From assembly GCA_964573085.1 (NCBI GenBank), contig CAZNIL010000003.1, positions 1,699 to 65,698 on the forward strand: DNA of 64,000 nucleotides. Direction: 5' to 3'. Under the pieces are notes generated by a model. The model did no database searches and was not told where the DNA came from. It saw only the letters and a program-made list of their open reading frames with translations. How positions within the stretch are numbered: the first letter of the stretch is position 1; each line of letters begins with the position of its first letter. Shown one piece after another: positions 9,226 to 19,599 of the stretch. This DNA is from an uncultured Methanoregula sp. GTDB taxonomy: Archaea > Halobacteriota > Methanomicrobia > Methanomicrobiales > Methanospirillaceae. Both the position numbers and the translations under genes were made by a program.

Positions 9226-10431
9226 ATGGAGCGTCTCGTTTGCGTCAACTGCGGTGCTGCATATCCGGCTGACGAGATCCTATATAATTGTACAAAATGC
9301 GGTCACCTTCTCGCTGTGCGATATAATCTCGATGAGATCACCGTTTCAAAAAAAGTGTGGGAGAAGCGCCCGCTCTCGGTCTGGAGATATCGCGAGCTTT
9401 TGCCAGTACGGATTGAGCCGGTCACCCTGCAGGAAGGAGGTACGCCTCTTTATCACCTCAAACGTCTTGGCGAGGAGATGGGACTATCCCATCTCTACGC
9501 AAAACACGAGGGTATGAACCCGTCAGGTTCGTTTAAAGATCGGGGTATGACTGTCGGTGTATCGATGGCACTTCAGCTGAATAAGCGCAGTGTAGCCTGC
9601 GCGAGCACCGGTAACACCTCCGCAAGCCTTGCTGTTTACGCTGCAAAGGCGGGGATACCGGCGGTTGTTCTATTACCCGCAGGGAAAGTCGCGGTCGGCA
9701 AGGTTGCGCAGGCGCTGATGCATGGTGCACGCGTTATTTCCATTCGTGGCAACTTTGACCGGGCGCTGGAGATGGTCCACGATCTCTGCCTGTCCCACGG
9801 CTTGTATCTGCTCAACTCCATCAATCCCTACCGGCTTGAGGGGCAGAAGACAATTGGGTTTGAAGCCGTCGATCAGCTGGGTGGTGTTCCGGACCGGTTT
9901 GTCCTGCCGGTGGGAAATGCAGGAAATATCTCAGCGGTATACAAGGGCCTGCTCGAACTCCAGGACCTCGGGTTTATCGATGCGCTGCCGATGATGACCG
10001 GTATCCAGGCACAGGGGTCAAGCCCGGTGGTCCGTGCGATTCGTGAGGGGTTGCCGGAAGTGATCCCCGAGACGAATCCCGAGACTGTAGCAACCGCAAT
10101 CCGTATCGGAGCACCGGTAAATGCGGAAAAAGCGCTTACGGCTATCCGGAAAACCGGCGGTCTCGCGGAATCGGTGACCGATGAGGAGATCCTGCAGATG
10201 CAGCGTGACCTTGCGCGAAAGGAAGGGATCGGCGTTGAACCGGCATCCGCCGCATCGGTTGCCGGCGTGAGAAAACTGGTGGAGTGCGGTGCCATCGACC
10301 GGTCCGAAAGGATCGTCTGTGTCGTCACCGGTCATCTCCTTAAAGATCCGGATACGGTGATCAGGCAATGCGAACCCCCGACCGAAATCGATGCAGACCT
10401 GCCCTCGCTGCTCTCTGCGCTGCACTTATAA
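9226..10431 (+). CDS. thrC: Threonine synthase
   Basis: Start at ATG 9226: MERLVCVNCGAAYPADEILYNCTKCGHLL (N-terminal Zn-ribbon). It has ...GSFKDRGMTV... (PLP lysine motif). The upstream part of ORF 9040.. overlaps the nitrilase gene and was discarded. Confidence 0.9.
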   Translation: MERLVCVNCGAAYPADEILYNCTKCGHLLAVRYNLDEITVSKKVWEKRPLSVWRYRELLPVRIEPVTLQEGGTPLYHLKRLGEEMGLSHLYAKHEGMNPSGSFKDRGMTVGVSMALQLNKRSVACASTGNTSASLAVYAAKAGIPAVVLLPAGKVAVGKVAQALMHGARVISIRGNFDRALEMVHDLCLSHGLYLLNSINPYRLEGQKTIGFEAVDQLGGVPDRFVLPVGNAGNISAVYKGLLELQDLGFIDALPMMTGIQAQGSSPVVRAIREGLPEVIPETNPETVATAIRIGAPVNAEKALTAIRKTGGLAESVTDEEILQMQRDLARKEGIGVEPASAASVAGVRKLVECGAIDRSERIVCVVTGHLLKDPDTVIRQCEPPTEIDADLPSLLSALHL

Positions 10432-10988
10432 CTGCCCTGCTGGTCATTCCCTGTGCAGCGCTCTATGCAGAGTATCAGGTTCTGCCAAACGGCACCGCAT
10501 ACAATGCTTCAGTCGAAGTTACCAACGTGAATAAATTTGATTTTTTTGAGCTGGGGATGCTGGGAGAACGGATCCCCCAGAAAGTTGGCAACATCGAGAT
10601 TTTGGGAAACTGTTCGCCGTGCCAGTTCAACACGAGCGGCATGTCCTCCATCACGTTTGACAAGGGCAACTATACGATCCTCTATACCGCCCCGATGCGG
10701 GACTATCATCTCCAGGCGGCATTCGAACGCCCGTATGATGTCAACGTCACGCTCCCGCAGGAATTCGATGTCAGAAACCCCTTGCTTGCCGGTATGAACC
10801 CGGGGTCTCAGATCGTCGGGAATTCCGACAATACCACAACCGTATTCTGGACCAAAACGATGTCAGTCGATCTCCGGTTCTACGATAAAAACCGCGAATC
10901 ATTGCTCTATCTGTTTGGTAATTTCTGGATCGTGATCGCTATTGTCATGCTGGTGCCGTTCATGATCACGGTAGGAAGGAGAATGTGA
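10368..10988 (+). CDS. Hypothetical N-glycosylation-sequon-rich exported protein with C-terminal TM anchor
   Basis: It has a signal-like segment (AALCAALITALLVIPCAALYA), several NxS/T sequons, and a C-terminal ...FWIVIAIVMLVPFMITVGRRM. The start is uncertain because it overlaps the end of thrC. Confidence 0.4.
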   Translation: MRTPDRNRCRPALAALCAALITALLVIPCAALYAEYQVLPNGTAYNASVEVTNVNKFDFFELGMLGERIPQKVGNIEILGNCSPCQFNTSGMSSITFDKGNYTILYTAPMRDYHLQAAFERPYDVNVTLPQEFDVRNPLLAGMNPGSQIVGNSDNTTTVFWTKTMSVDLRFYDKNRESLLYLFGNFWIVIAIVMLVPFMITVGRRM

Positions 10989-11165
10989 TTTTTTCTTCGT
11001 GAGGGGGGTACAACCCGATACAGTGCCCTGTTGGGAGGGTTTACGAAGCCGAAGTACGATTTCCCGGCCTCCCCATCCTTGTTCTTCCAGGAGAACTATG
11101 AGTTGGTCAGCATGGTATGATGCCGGTACCGACAAAAACCTAAGAAAAGGATATTCAATAAAAAA

Positions 11166-12110
11166 TTACATCAGCCCGAACGACTTAAGTGCCACGTCGG
11201 TATTAACCGCACCGCAGTGATAGACTTTGCCTTCGGACAACTCGTTGATGATGACTTCTGCCGGTGAGAAGAGCGCGGTGTCGATCTTGTAGAAGTCGTA
11301 CCCTGCCTCTTTGAAGATGTCGTTGAAGGGTTTCCCGTACCCTTTGGACTTGCTGCTTGGGATCTTCTCAAGATAGTCCTTGATCTCCGGGGCTTTCATG
11401 GTCAGCATGATCCGCCCGTGGTAGATGGTGGCGTCATTGGTCACTCCCATAGCAAGCTTCGGCCCCCGTACGGGAGGAACGGGTGCCGTGCCCATCGCAG
11501 CGGTGATTTTTTTGGTGTCAAATCCGAGTTCGTTTAATTTGTAGATTGCGGTCTCCACACAGCGCCCTGCAACCTGTATTGAGCCGACCATCGAGGATGT
11601 GGGGGCGACGACTGCGCAGACGTTCCCCACGTCAATGTGGCATTCCTCTGCGATCTTTTCCATTACCTCACCGTTGGGCAGGTGGTCGCTCTCAAGGCAG
11701 ATGACGGCGCCGTCACAATCGTCCTCATACTCAATTACCTCATAAGTATGTTTGGGTTTGAGCGAGAGCGCCCGTGCAGGTCCGCTTCCCATCGCGAAAT
11801 AGTTATTCACCTTGACCGTCCAACCGGCTTTCTGCGCCCCGAGGCATGCAATTGAGGGAAAATCGGTATTGACATCGATGAACGGAAGGGGAAACTCTTT
11901 GATGTGCCCCATCCGGAAATTGACTTCCCCGAGCCCGCCCATGCAGATCTCGGTGAATGCCCGTCCCGCCGCGTACCCGCCGCGGGTGCTCACACCACAG
12001 TCCACAATGCGTGCGCCATTATCAAGCTCATGGTATGCCGCATTGAATTCCTCCGAGAGTTCGGCAAGATTCTCGAAAATCTCTAATGCCAGTTCGTTTA
12101 CACTGAGCAT
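11166..12110 (-). CDS. mch: Methenyltetrahydromethanopterin cyclohydrolase
   Basis: MLSVNELALEIFENL...ARIVDCGVSTRGGYAAGRAFTEICMGGLG.... This is a methanogenesis C1-carrier pathway enzyme. Confidence 0.95.
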   Translation of the reverse strand: MLSVNELALEIFENLAELSEEFNAAYHELDNGARIVDCGVSTRGGYAAGRAFTEICMGGLGEVNFRMGHIKEFPLPFIDVNTDFPSIACLGAQKAGWTVKVNNYFAMGSGPARALSLKPKHTYEVIEYEDDCDGAVICLESDHLPNGEVMEKIAEECHIDVGNVCAVVAPTSSMVGSIQVAGRCVETAIYKLNELGFDTKKITAAMGTAPVPPVRGPKLAMGVTNDATIYHGRIMLTMKAPEIKDYLEKIPSSKSKGYGKPFNDIFKEAGYDFYKIDTALFSPAEVIINELSEGKVYHCGAVNTDVALKSFGLM

Positions 12111-12176
12111 GTTCTTTACCCCCTGTACCATACAACACGCCTGCGAAATTAATAATCCTTGCCAAATGATTGCGGA

Positions 12177-13304
12177 TCAGGAGAGGTGCTCGAGCACTTT
12201 CTGCGGGTCGTACCGCAGGCTTATTAAGCGTGTCCTTCCTTTGCCTTCGCGGTAGTGCAGGTTGATGATGCGCAGCGCATCGAGCTTCTTTATAACTTCG
12301 TAAAACCGGGTGTACCCGATTTCAACCGATTGGGAAATTGTCTTGTGGACATCCCCTGCGTTCATCTCTTTCTCGTTCAGGCTTGCAAGGGCAAGGGCTT
12401 TGAGAATTTTTCTCTCCTCGTCCTTCAGGGTTTTTGTGGTAAAGGAGAGGTGCAGGTACTTTGAGATCATGTACGCTCCGCATATGTCGTCCCGGCCGAT
12501 GGTGCGCCGTGCAGCACGTTCTGCGCTCATGGTTGCCCGCTTGAGCAGGTCAATACCGACCCGCAGGTCCCCGCTCCCTTGTGTCTGTTCAACAACAAGC
12601 GAGAGCATCTCATCAGAAAGGACACCCGGGAACAACCCCTGCATGACGCGCTCATGAATGATCTCGCGGATCTCTGCCTGTTCATACGGGGGGAAGTAGA
12701 TCTCGGTCGGGCGAAAGACCGAGGTTACGCGGGCATCAACCGCTTTTGCAAGATCGACATCAAGGTCGCTGATGATTACAATCACGCCAATCCGTACGCC
12801 TTCATATGCCTCATGGGCACGCAGCAGGGTGTAGAGTACCTTGTTGATCTCGTTCTCGTACAGGAGATAGTTGGCATCATCCAGTGCGACCAGCAGGACA
12901 ATCTCTTCTTTTAAGAGGATCCGGGCGATGGCATCGAACAGCTGCTTGAACGATGTTCCTGACGCAGGCGGGAGGTGCCCGGTAAGCTTCCGGTAGATCT
13001 GGGAGAATATTGCAAACTTGGTGTTGTCGATCTGGCAGTTGACATAAACAGGGACTAGTTTCTTAGTGGCATCGGAGATCTCGGAGAAGAGTTTGCGGAC
13101 GCTCGTGGTCTTCCCGGTGCCCGGGAGCCCTTTGCATATGGAGTTAAGCGGCCGGCCCCCCCTCATGCCGGGCCGGATCTGGAACGCGAGCTCGCGCATC
13201 TGGTTCTCGCGGAACTGGAACTGCTCCGGGACATAGTCGTACTCAAAGACCTCTGGGTCGCGAAAGAGGGTCTCGTCCCACATGAGCAGGTTCTTCTTCA
13301 TCAA
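12177..13304 (-). CDS. cdc6: Orc1/Cdc6-type DNA replication initiation protein
   Basis: ...PDYVPEQFQFRENQMRELA...GLPGTGKTT (Walker A)...LVALDD (Walker B), with a C-terminal winged-helix region. Confidence 0.95.
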   Translation of the reverse strand: MMKKNLLMWDETLFRDPEVFEYDYVPEQFQFRENQMRELAFQIRPGMRGGRPLNSICKGLPGTGKTTSVRKLFSEISDATKKLVPVYVNCQIDNTKFAIFSQIYRKLTGHLPPASGTSFKQLFDAIARILLKEEIVLLVALDDANYLLYENEINKVLYTLLRAHEAYEGVRIGVIVIISDLDVDLAKAVDARVTSVFRPTEIYFPPYEQAEIREIIHERVMQGLFPGVLSDEMLSLVVEQTQGSGDLRVGIDLLKRATMSAERAARRTIGRDDICGAYMISKYLHLSFTTKTLKDEERKILKALALASLNEKEMNAGDVHKTISQSVEIGYTRFYEVIKKLDALRIINLHYREGKGRTRLISLRYDPQKVLEHLS

Positions 13305-13617
13305 TCCATTCCCCTGTTCACCAGACAGTATCTGTTGCTGTGAGGTATCACCTTACCGACACAGACCTGTTTTCAGGTATCCTCACCATTTTTTTGGTGC
13401 CGTGTCATATCAAGATCACGCATTTGATCCTAGCCGGTCAGCCCGTTAATAATATATTTCGCAAGCGACCACGTACCATAACCTGCGCCGCTGGGCAGAT
13501 GATGAAAGTTACCCCCACTGAATGGTGATGATGCAGGGGACTGATGCCACGTATGGCCGGGATAAAATTCCAGAGCTGGCGTTTCAACTTTTTTACAGCA
13601 CCCATGCCTGAACCGGT

Positions 13618-14769
13618 TCAATTGAACAGGAATTCCAGGAAACCGACCGCCTCTTTTATGCCGAACTTCCCTCCCTGCGCCTCGCGCTCTGTGAACCGCC
13701 GGGTCCTGTCTATTCCTCTTCCCCGAACAACAAACGGCACCGGGTCACGGGTATGTGTCTTCACCCGGATTGGGGTCGGATGATCGGGCAGCACGGCAAC
13801 CACACCATCGAACCCATCAAGGATCATGCCGACAACTCCGTCCACCCGTTCGATCGCCGTCACCTTCTCTTCAATGCTCCCAAGATGCCCGGCCTCATCC
13901 GGTGCTTCAATATGGATGTAAAGGAAATCAAGGTGCCGGATCGCGTCAAGCGCATACCGTGCCTTTGCCGCGTAATCAGTGTCAAGGTAGCCGGTCGCTC
14001 CCGGGACGGTAATGACTTCCATACCAGCGCAGCGTGCAATCCCGTTCAGGAGATCGACTGCCGATATGATTCCCCCTTTCTTCCCGTACTTCTTTTCAAA
14101 GTGCGGGAACGCTGGTTTGTGCCCCCCGCTCCATGGCCAGACCTGCGTCGCTAGTTGTTTGCCCGCTTTTTTCCGTGCAGCATTAACCGGATGATGAGCA
14201 AACACCCTCTGACTGGCCTCCATGCACTGCGCGAGAACCGGGGCATCCGGACCTGTTGGAAGATATCCGGCAACCGGTCTTCCGATGATATCGTGGGGGG
14301 GCGTGGAGGAGGAGCCGTTGCCATGAGGGACAACAATGAGGTTGCGGTAGGTTACGCCGGATTTAATGAAAACAGAAGGAGCCTCCTTCTGGAGTGAGGC
14401 AAGGAGCGCCGCACCTTCCGGGCTGGAGATATGCCCGGCAGAAAAGTCCTGCATCAGCCCGTCATTGATGGTGACGAGGTTGCACCGGTATGCAATATCG
14501 TCATCTTTCATGTCGATGCCCATGCTCATCGCTTCGAGTGGCCCCCTGCCCGTATAGTACGTCTGCGGGTCGTACCCGAGAATTGACATGTTTGCAATAT
14601 CGCTCCCCGCTTCAAATCCTTCGGGGATAGTGCGAAGCATACCGCAGGCACCGTCCCGCGCCATCCGGTCGAGATTCGGCGTCCGTGCGTGCTCAAGTGG
14701 CGTCTTCCCTCCAAGTTGCTCGAGCGGTTCGTCTGCCATGCCGTCCCCGCAGATCACGATGTATTTCAC
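13618..14769 (-). CDS. apgM: Cofactor-independent phosphoglycerate mutase, archaeal type
   Basis: MKYIVICGDGMADEPLEQLGGKTPLEHARTPNLDRMA...GSDIANMSILGYDP... Confidence 0.9.
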   Translation of the reverse strand: MKYIVICGDGMADEPLEQLGGKTPLEHARTPNLDRMARDGACGMLRTIPEGFEAGSDIANMSILGYDPQTYYTGRGPLEAMSMGIDMKDDDIAYRCNLVTINDGLMQDFSAGHISSPEGAALLASLQKEAPSVFIKSGVTYRNLIVVPHGNGSSSTPPHDIIGRPVAGYLPTGPDAPVLAQCMEASQRVFAHHPVNAARKKAGKQLATQVWPWSGGHKPAFPHFEKKYGKKGGIISAVDLLNGIARCAGMEVITVPGATGYLDTDYAAKARYALDAIRHLDFLYIHIEAPDEAGHLGSIEEKVTAIERVDGVVGMILDGFDGVVAVLPDHPTPIRVKTHTRDPVPFVVRGRGIDRTRRFTEREAQGGKFGIKEAVGFLEFLFN

Positions 14770-15719
14770 GCCATTCCTGCCCGGTGTTCAGCGAGTATCG
14801 CCTTGACAGCCATCCGCACGCTCTCCTCTGAACCCCGTTGTGGTCTCCAGCCCAACCCTTTGATCCGGGCTAGGGAAAGCTGCATTTTGGGAACGTCGCC
14901 GACCCAGCCGCGTTCTCCCCCGGTGAAACAGTACCTGGCACCGGAGCACCGCATCTCCCCTGCCACGATATCCGCGATGGTCTTCACATCGATCCAGTCC
15001 TCTGACCCGATGTTGAGGGTATTTACCTTATCAACCGCATGGTCAACGGCAAAGAGCATCGCATCCACGCATTCCTGCACATCAAGATAGGATTTGATCT
15101 GCTTCCCGTCACCAAGGATCTCCAGCTTGCGGGGGTTATCTTTCAACTTCGTAACAAAATCGGTGATAACCCCGTGGCCGCTGCGGGATCCGATGATATT
15201 GGCAAACCTGAAGTTCCACGCCCTCATGGAGAACGAATGGCAATACGCCGAGATCAGCGCCTCGCAGGCGAGTTTGCTCGCGCCATAGACGGAGACTGGT
15301 TCCAGCGGGGCGTACTCCTCCGGGGTCGGTATGACCGTTGCATCGCCATAGACGGTCGATGTGGAGGTGAAGATAATTTGTTGAACATTGTACAGTCGCA
15401 TCGCTTCCAGAACCCGAAATGTGGCAAGGATGTTGTTATTGACAGGACCTACGGGGGAGACTGCGCTCTTCCTCACATCGGGGTCAGCCGCAAGGTGATA
15501 GATCCGGTCAGCACCCTCTAACTCTTTCTGCCACCCATCAGAAAGGAGATCGGCGACTATGAGGTTCACCCGGTTTTTTTCGAGGTGACGCGCGATATTG
15601 TTTTTTAACCCTGCAGCAAACGAATCGATCACCGTAACACGGTCGCCCCGCGCAACCAGCGCATCCACGAGGTGGGAACCGATGAACCCAGCACCGCCCG
15701 TTACGACATCAAACATCAT
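14766..15719 (-). CDS. NAD-dependent epimerase/dehydratase (UDP-sugar 4-epimerase-like SDR)
   Basis: ...VTGGAGFIGSHLVDAL... with a YGASKLACE (YxxxK) catalytic motif. It overlaps apgM by 4 nt. Confidence 0.85.
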   Translation of the reverse strand: MMFDVVTGGAGFIGSHLVDALVARGDRVTVIDSFAAGLKNNIARHLEKNRVNLIVADLLSDGWQKELEGADRIYHLAADPDVRKSAVSPVGPVNNNILATFRVLEAMRLYNVQQIIFTSTSTVYGDATVIPTPEEYAPLEPVSVYGASKLACEALISAYCHSFSMRAWNFRFANIIGSRSGHGVITDFVTKLKDNPRKLEILGDGKQIKSYLDVQECVDAMLFAVDHAVDKVNTLNIGSEDWIDVKTIADIVAGEMRCSGARYCFTGGERGWVGDVPKMQLSLARIKGLGWRPQRGSEESVRMAVKAILAEHRAGMA

Positions 15720-15755
15720 AACTAATTATGTCATCCATGCTATAGGATTACTGCT

Positions 15756-16628
15756 ATGTTCATCGGGATCGATCATGGCACGACCGCGATGCGCTTCGCC
15801 ACGACTTTAAAAGAGTTCAAGATATCGCGGGAAGAAGCGACCTCTTTTACCATCCCTGATCTTGCTGTATTATGCCCGCCCGATGAGATCGAGGGCATCG
15901 CGCTCTCCTATTCTATGGGGGATAACTTTTCAAAGATTACCTCGATTAATAAAGTGAACAACCGGGGGCTTGTCAGCCGCGAGGGAGCCGGAAAACATAT
16001 TGGCGGGGGGACCCGGGTCTTTGACGAAGTGAAAAAGAGCGGGATCCCTGCAGTCGTCATCCCGGGACTCCACCGCAGTACACCCTGCGATTCCCGGTTC
16101 AAGGTATATTCGCATCAGTCAAGCCCGGAGAAAGTCGGCATCGCGTATGAGGTCTGCCACGCGCTCGGGAACGATGTGATCGTCTCAGATGTGAGTTCAA
16201 ACACCGTTACCCTCCTTGTGATCAACGGAAAGATGACCGGGGCATTCGATGCCTGCATATTTGCACCCGGAACCCGGCACGGGGCACTCGATGTCGATGC
16301 AATACGGCGCATTGATGCCGGGGAGTGCACGGCAAATGAGGCATTCCAGCATGCAGGCGTGAACTTTACCGTGCCGGCGGAGGAGCGGATGCAGACCATT
16401 GCGATGTTCTCCGCGATGGAGTGCGCAGCGATGCTCCTGCTAAACAGAAAGGCGCGGATCGCTCTTGCCGGCTCCCTTGCACCGGTCATCGCTCCCGAAG
16501 TCCGCCTGCTCCTGAACCGGGAAGTTACCGTCTATGACGAGTGGTGCGCCTCCCGCGGGCTTGCACGGATTGCGCACGATGTATTCTCCGGGATACCTGA
16601 CATCCTCGGGCTCGCTGTGGATCTGTAG
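15756..16628 (+). CDS. UPF0285 / methanogenesis marker protein 12-like (ASKHA ATPase fold)
   Basis: The N-terminus MFIGIDHGTTAMRF is an actin/hexokinase-type phosphate-1 motif. The family assignment is from memory. Confidence 0.55.
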   Translation: MFIGIDHGTTAMRFATTLKEFKISREEATSFTIPDLAVLCPPDEIEGIALSYSMGDNFSKITSINKVNNRGLVSREGAGKHIGGGTRVFDEVKKSGIPAVVIPGLHRSTPCDSRFKVYSHQSSPEKVGIAYEVCHALGNDVIVSDVSSNTVTLLVINGKMTGAFDACIFAPGTRHGALDVDAIRRIDAGECTANEAFQHAGVNFTVPAEERMQTIAMFSAMECAAMLLLNRKARIALAGSLAPVIAPEVRLLLNREVTVYDEWCASRGLARIAHDVFSGIPDILGLAVDL

Positions 16629-16669
16629 ATTTATATTGATTTATCATGTAAGATTACTGGGGATTTTTC

Positions 16670-17212
16670 TTGAAAGAGCTGCGTATCCACGGCAGGGGCG
16701 GGCAGGGATCTGTCACCGCTGCCGAACTGATTGCCGTCGCCGCATTCGAGGACGGCGTCTTTGCACAGGCATTTCCTGCGTTTGGCGTTGAACGCCGCGG
16801 GGCACCGGTGCAGGCATTTGTACGGTTCGATAACAAAAAGATCCGGAAACGGAGCCAGGTCTATGAGCCGGATTACATCATCGTGCAGGACAGCACGCTG
16901 ATCAAGGATGTGAATGTATTTCTGGGTGTCAAGGAGGGAGGGATTGTGATCGTGAACACCGAAAAGGCTCCCGATTACAAGGTCCCCGATGGCGTGAAGC
17001 TGATTACGATCGATGCCACCTCGATCGCCCTCAAGACGCTCGGGCTCCCGATAACCAACACATCGCTCATGGGCGCGTTTGCGGCTGCAACCGGTGAGAT
17101 CACATTCTCTGCGCTCGAGAACGCACTCAACCACCGGTTCCCAAAAGAACTGGCGCTTAAGAATATCGAGGCAGCGCGGCAGGCATTTGAGAAGGTCAGG
17201 GGGGCAAAATAA
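16670..17212 (+). CDS. porC: Pyruvate:ferredoxin oxidoreductase, gamma subunit
   Basis: (TTG start) KELRIHGRGGQGSVTAAELIAVAAFEDG...AFPAFGVERRGAPV. Confidence 0.9.
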   Translation: MKELRIHGRGGQGSVTAAELIAVAAFEDGVFAQAFPAFGVERRGAPVQAFVRFDNKKIRKRSQVYEPDYIIVQDSTLIKDVNVFLGVKEGGIVIVNTEKAPDYKVPDGVKLITIDATSIALKTLGLPITNTSLMGAFAAATGEITFSALENALNHRFPKELALKNIEAARQAFEKVRGAK

Positions 17213-17473
17213 ATGGCGCTTGCTTTAGGCTGCCGGGCAAAACCGGGAAAGTCGCGTGACAATAAGACCGGCTCGTGGCGTGTCTTCAAGCCGTTCTTTG
17301 ATCATGAAAAGTGCACAAAATGCGGGCTGTGCCAGACCATCTGTCCCGAGGGCTGCATTCATGAGACTGAGGAGGGATTTGTGGAGCCCGATTATACATA
17401 CTGCAAGGGCTGCGGGCTCTGTGCCGAGGAGTGCCCCGGGGAAGCGATCGAGATGAGACAGGAGGAGAAATAA
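17213..17473 (+). CDS. porD: Pyruvate:ferredoxin oxidoreductase, delta subunit (2x[4Fe-4S])
   Basis: CTKCGLCQTICPEGC and CKGCGLCAEECP cluster motifs; 86 aa. Confidence 0.9.
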   Translation: MALALGCRAKPGKSRDNKTGSWRVFKPFFDHEKCTKCGLCQTICPEGCIHETEEGFVEPDYTYCKGCGLCAEECPGEAIEMRQEEK

Positions 17474-17474
17474 G

Positions 17475-18629
17475 ATGCTAAAGATAACAGAAGGGTCATA
17501 CGCGGTCGCAGAAGCGGTCCGGCTCTGCCGCCCGCAGGTGATCTCCGCCTACCCGATCACCCCGCAGACCCATATCGTGGAAGCGCTTGCCGATATGGTG
17601 GCAAACTGCACGCTCGATGCCGAATACATCACGGTCGACAATGAATTGTCGGCACTCTCGGCATGCGTTGGTGCGAGCGCTGCAGGCTCCCGGGTCTATT
17701 CGGCAACAACGTCACAGGGGCTCGCGCTCATGTTCGAGGTCTGTTTCAATGCTGCAGGTATGCGCCTGCCCATTGTCATGACAATCGCGAACCGGGCAAT
17801 GGGCGCACCGCTCTCGATCTGGAACGACCAGCAGGACTCCATCTCCCTGCGGGACTCGGGCTGGCTCCAGTTCTATGCAGAAGACAACCAAGAGGCAACC
17901 GACCTCCACTTCCTCGCGTACCGTGTCGCGGAAGACCATTCGGTCCTGCTCCCTGCACTCGTCTGCTTTGACGGCTTCATCCTCTCCCATACCTACGAGC
18001 CCGTGGATATGCTCACGCAGGAGCAGGTGGACACATACCTCCCGAAATTTACTCCCTACCAGAGGCTTGACGCGGCTGACCCGATCAGCTTTGGCATGTA
18101 TGCGACGCCGGACTATTACCACGAGTTCCGGTACGAGACCGACAACGCGGCAAAGAGAGCAAGGGATGTCATAAAAAAGGCAGGAAAAGAGTTTGGCACC
18201 ATGTTTGGCAGGGACTACAGTGCCATGGTCGAGGAGTACCGGCTCGATGATGCCGAGACCGCAATCGTTGCGATGGGCTCCATCTGCGGGACGATCAAGG
18301 ACTCCATCGACGAGATGAGGGCTGAAGGAAAGAAGGTCGGCCTGCTCAGGATCCGTGTCTTCCGACCGTTCCCCTCTGAAGACATTGCAAAGGCGCTGTC
18401 GAGAGTCAAACGTGTTGCAGTACTCGATAAGAACATCTCGCTTGGCGCAAAAGGGGCAGTTGCCCTTGAGGTAAAGGATGCTCTATACGGCAGCAGCATT
18501 CCGGTCAAGGACTATATCCTCGGGCTTGGTGGCAGGGACGTGCGCAAAAGGGATATCAAGGAAATTGTATCCCTTATGGAAAAAGGGGTCGGCGACCAGT
18601 TCTACGGGTTGCGCATGGAGGTGCTGTAA
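17475..18629 (+). CDS. porA: Pyruvate:ferredoxin oxidoreductase, alpha subunit
   Basis: [32 protein letters not shown]... Confidence 0.95.
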   Translation: MLKITEGSYAVAEAVRLCRPQVISAYPITPQTHIVEALADMVANCTLDAEYITVDNELSALSACVGASAAGSRVYSATTSQGLALMFEVCFNAAGMRLPIVMTIANRAMGAPLSIWNDQQDSISLRDSGWLQFYAEDNQEATDLHFLAYRVAEDHSVLLPALVCFDGFILSHTYEPVDMLTQEQVDTYLPKFTPYQRLDAADPISFGMYATPDYYHEFRYETDNAAKRARDVIKKAGKEFGTMFGRDYSAMVEEYRLDDAETAIVAMGSICGTIKDSIDEMRAEGKKVGLLRIRVFRPFPSEDIAKALSRVKRVAVLDKNISLGAKGAVALEVKDALYGSSIPVKDYILGLGGRDVRKRDIKEIVSLMEKGVGDQFYGLRMEVL

Positions 18630-18630
18630 C

Positions 18631-19527
18631 ATGGTCGATAAAACATTGGAATTATTTGACTGCGGGCACCGTGCCTGCGGCGGGTGCGGAGAATCTCTTG
18701 CAGCACGCCTCGTGATGAAAGGCGCGGGAAAGGATACAATCGTGGTCGCTGCGACCGGGTGCATGGAAGTCTTCTCGACACCCTACCCGGAAACTGCATG
18801 GAAGGTGCCCTGGATCCACTCGCTCTTCGAGAACGCATCGGCGGTTGCATCTGGCGTGGAGGCATCGCTCAAGAAGCAGGGGAGAACGGAGAAAGTCGTC
18901 ATCATGGCAGGCGACGGCGCGACCTTTGATATCGGCATGATCTGCATCAGCGGCGCATTTGAACGTGGCCATGACTTCACCTACATCTGCTATGATAACG
19001 AGGCGTATATGAACACGGGCATCCAGCGCTCCGGTGCGACGCCCTATGATGCGAGCACGACAACGAGCCCCGCCGGTTCCTGCTCCTTTGGCAACAAGCT
19101 CCCGAAGAAGGATATGCCCCAGATCATTGCAGCGCACGGTGCCCCCTACGTCGCTACGGCATCGATCGCCTATCCTGCAGATCTGATGCAGAAGGTGGAG
19201 AAAGCGATCAACACCAAAGGCCCCTGCTATGTGCAGGTGCATGTTCCGTGCTGCACCGGCTGGGGATTTGAGGGGGACCAGACCATCGCGATAGCAAAAC
19301 TCGCCATCGAGACCGGGCTCTGGGTGAACTACGAGATGATTGACGGTAAGGTCACCAAGGTAAAGAAGGTCGTGAAAAAACCGGTGGAAGAATACCTAAA
19401 GACCCAGAAGCGGTTCCGCCACCTCTTCAAGCCAAAGCGGCAGGACGCCGAGATTGCCATCATCCAGGCAATGGCTGACAGAAACTTCGAGAAATACGGC
19501 ATCGAGATCAAACTGAAAAAGGAATAA
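18631..19527 (+). CDS. porB: Pyruvate:ferredoxin oxidoreductase, beta subunit (TPP-binding)
   Basis: ATG 18631 gives [21 protein letters not shown]...GDGATFDIG... It lies 1 nt after the porA stop. Confidence 0.95.
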   Translation: MVDKTLELFDCGHRACGGCGESLAARLVMKGAGKDTIVVAATGCMEVFSTPYPETAWKVPWIHSLFENASAVASGVEASLKKQGRTEKVVIMAGDGATFDIGMICISGAFERGHDFTYICYDNEAYMNTGIQRSGATPYDASTTTSPAGSCSFGNKLPKKDMPQIIAAHGAPYVATASIAYPADLMQKVEKAINTKGPCYVQVHVPCCTGWGFEGDQTIAIAKLAIETGLWVNYEMIDGKVTKVKKVVKKPVEEYLKTQKRFRHLFKPKRQDAEIAIIQAMADRNFEKYGIEIKLKKE

Positions 19528-19599
19528 CCCGTTTCCTTTTTTCGGCGTAAAATCCCAATACCCGGTTCCCACTATCATATCGCTATATTTATTTCCCCG

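Noticed and set aside
13305-13617. A possible replication origin next to orc1/cdc6.
   Set aside because: The 313-nt upstream region is not markedly AT-rich, apart from a short AATAATATATTT stretch. I found no repeated ORB or mini-ORB-like elements or inverted pairs flanking a DUE. It may be a non-origin Cdc6 paralog. Confirming an origin would need genome-wide GC skew or repeat analysis.
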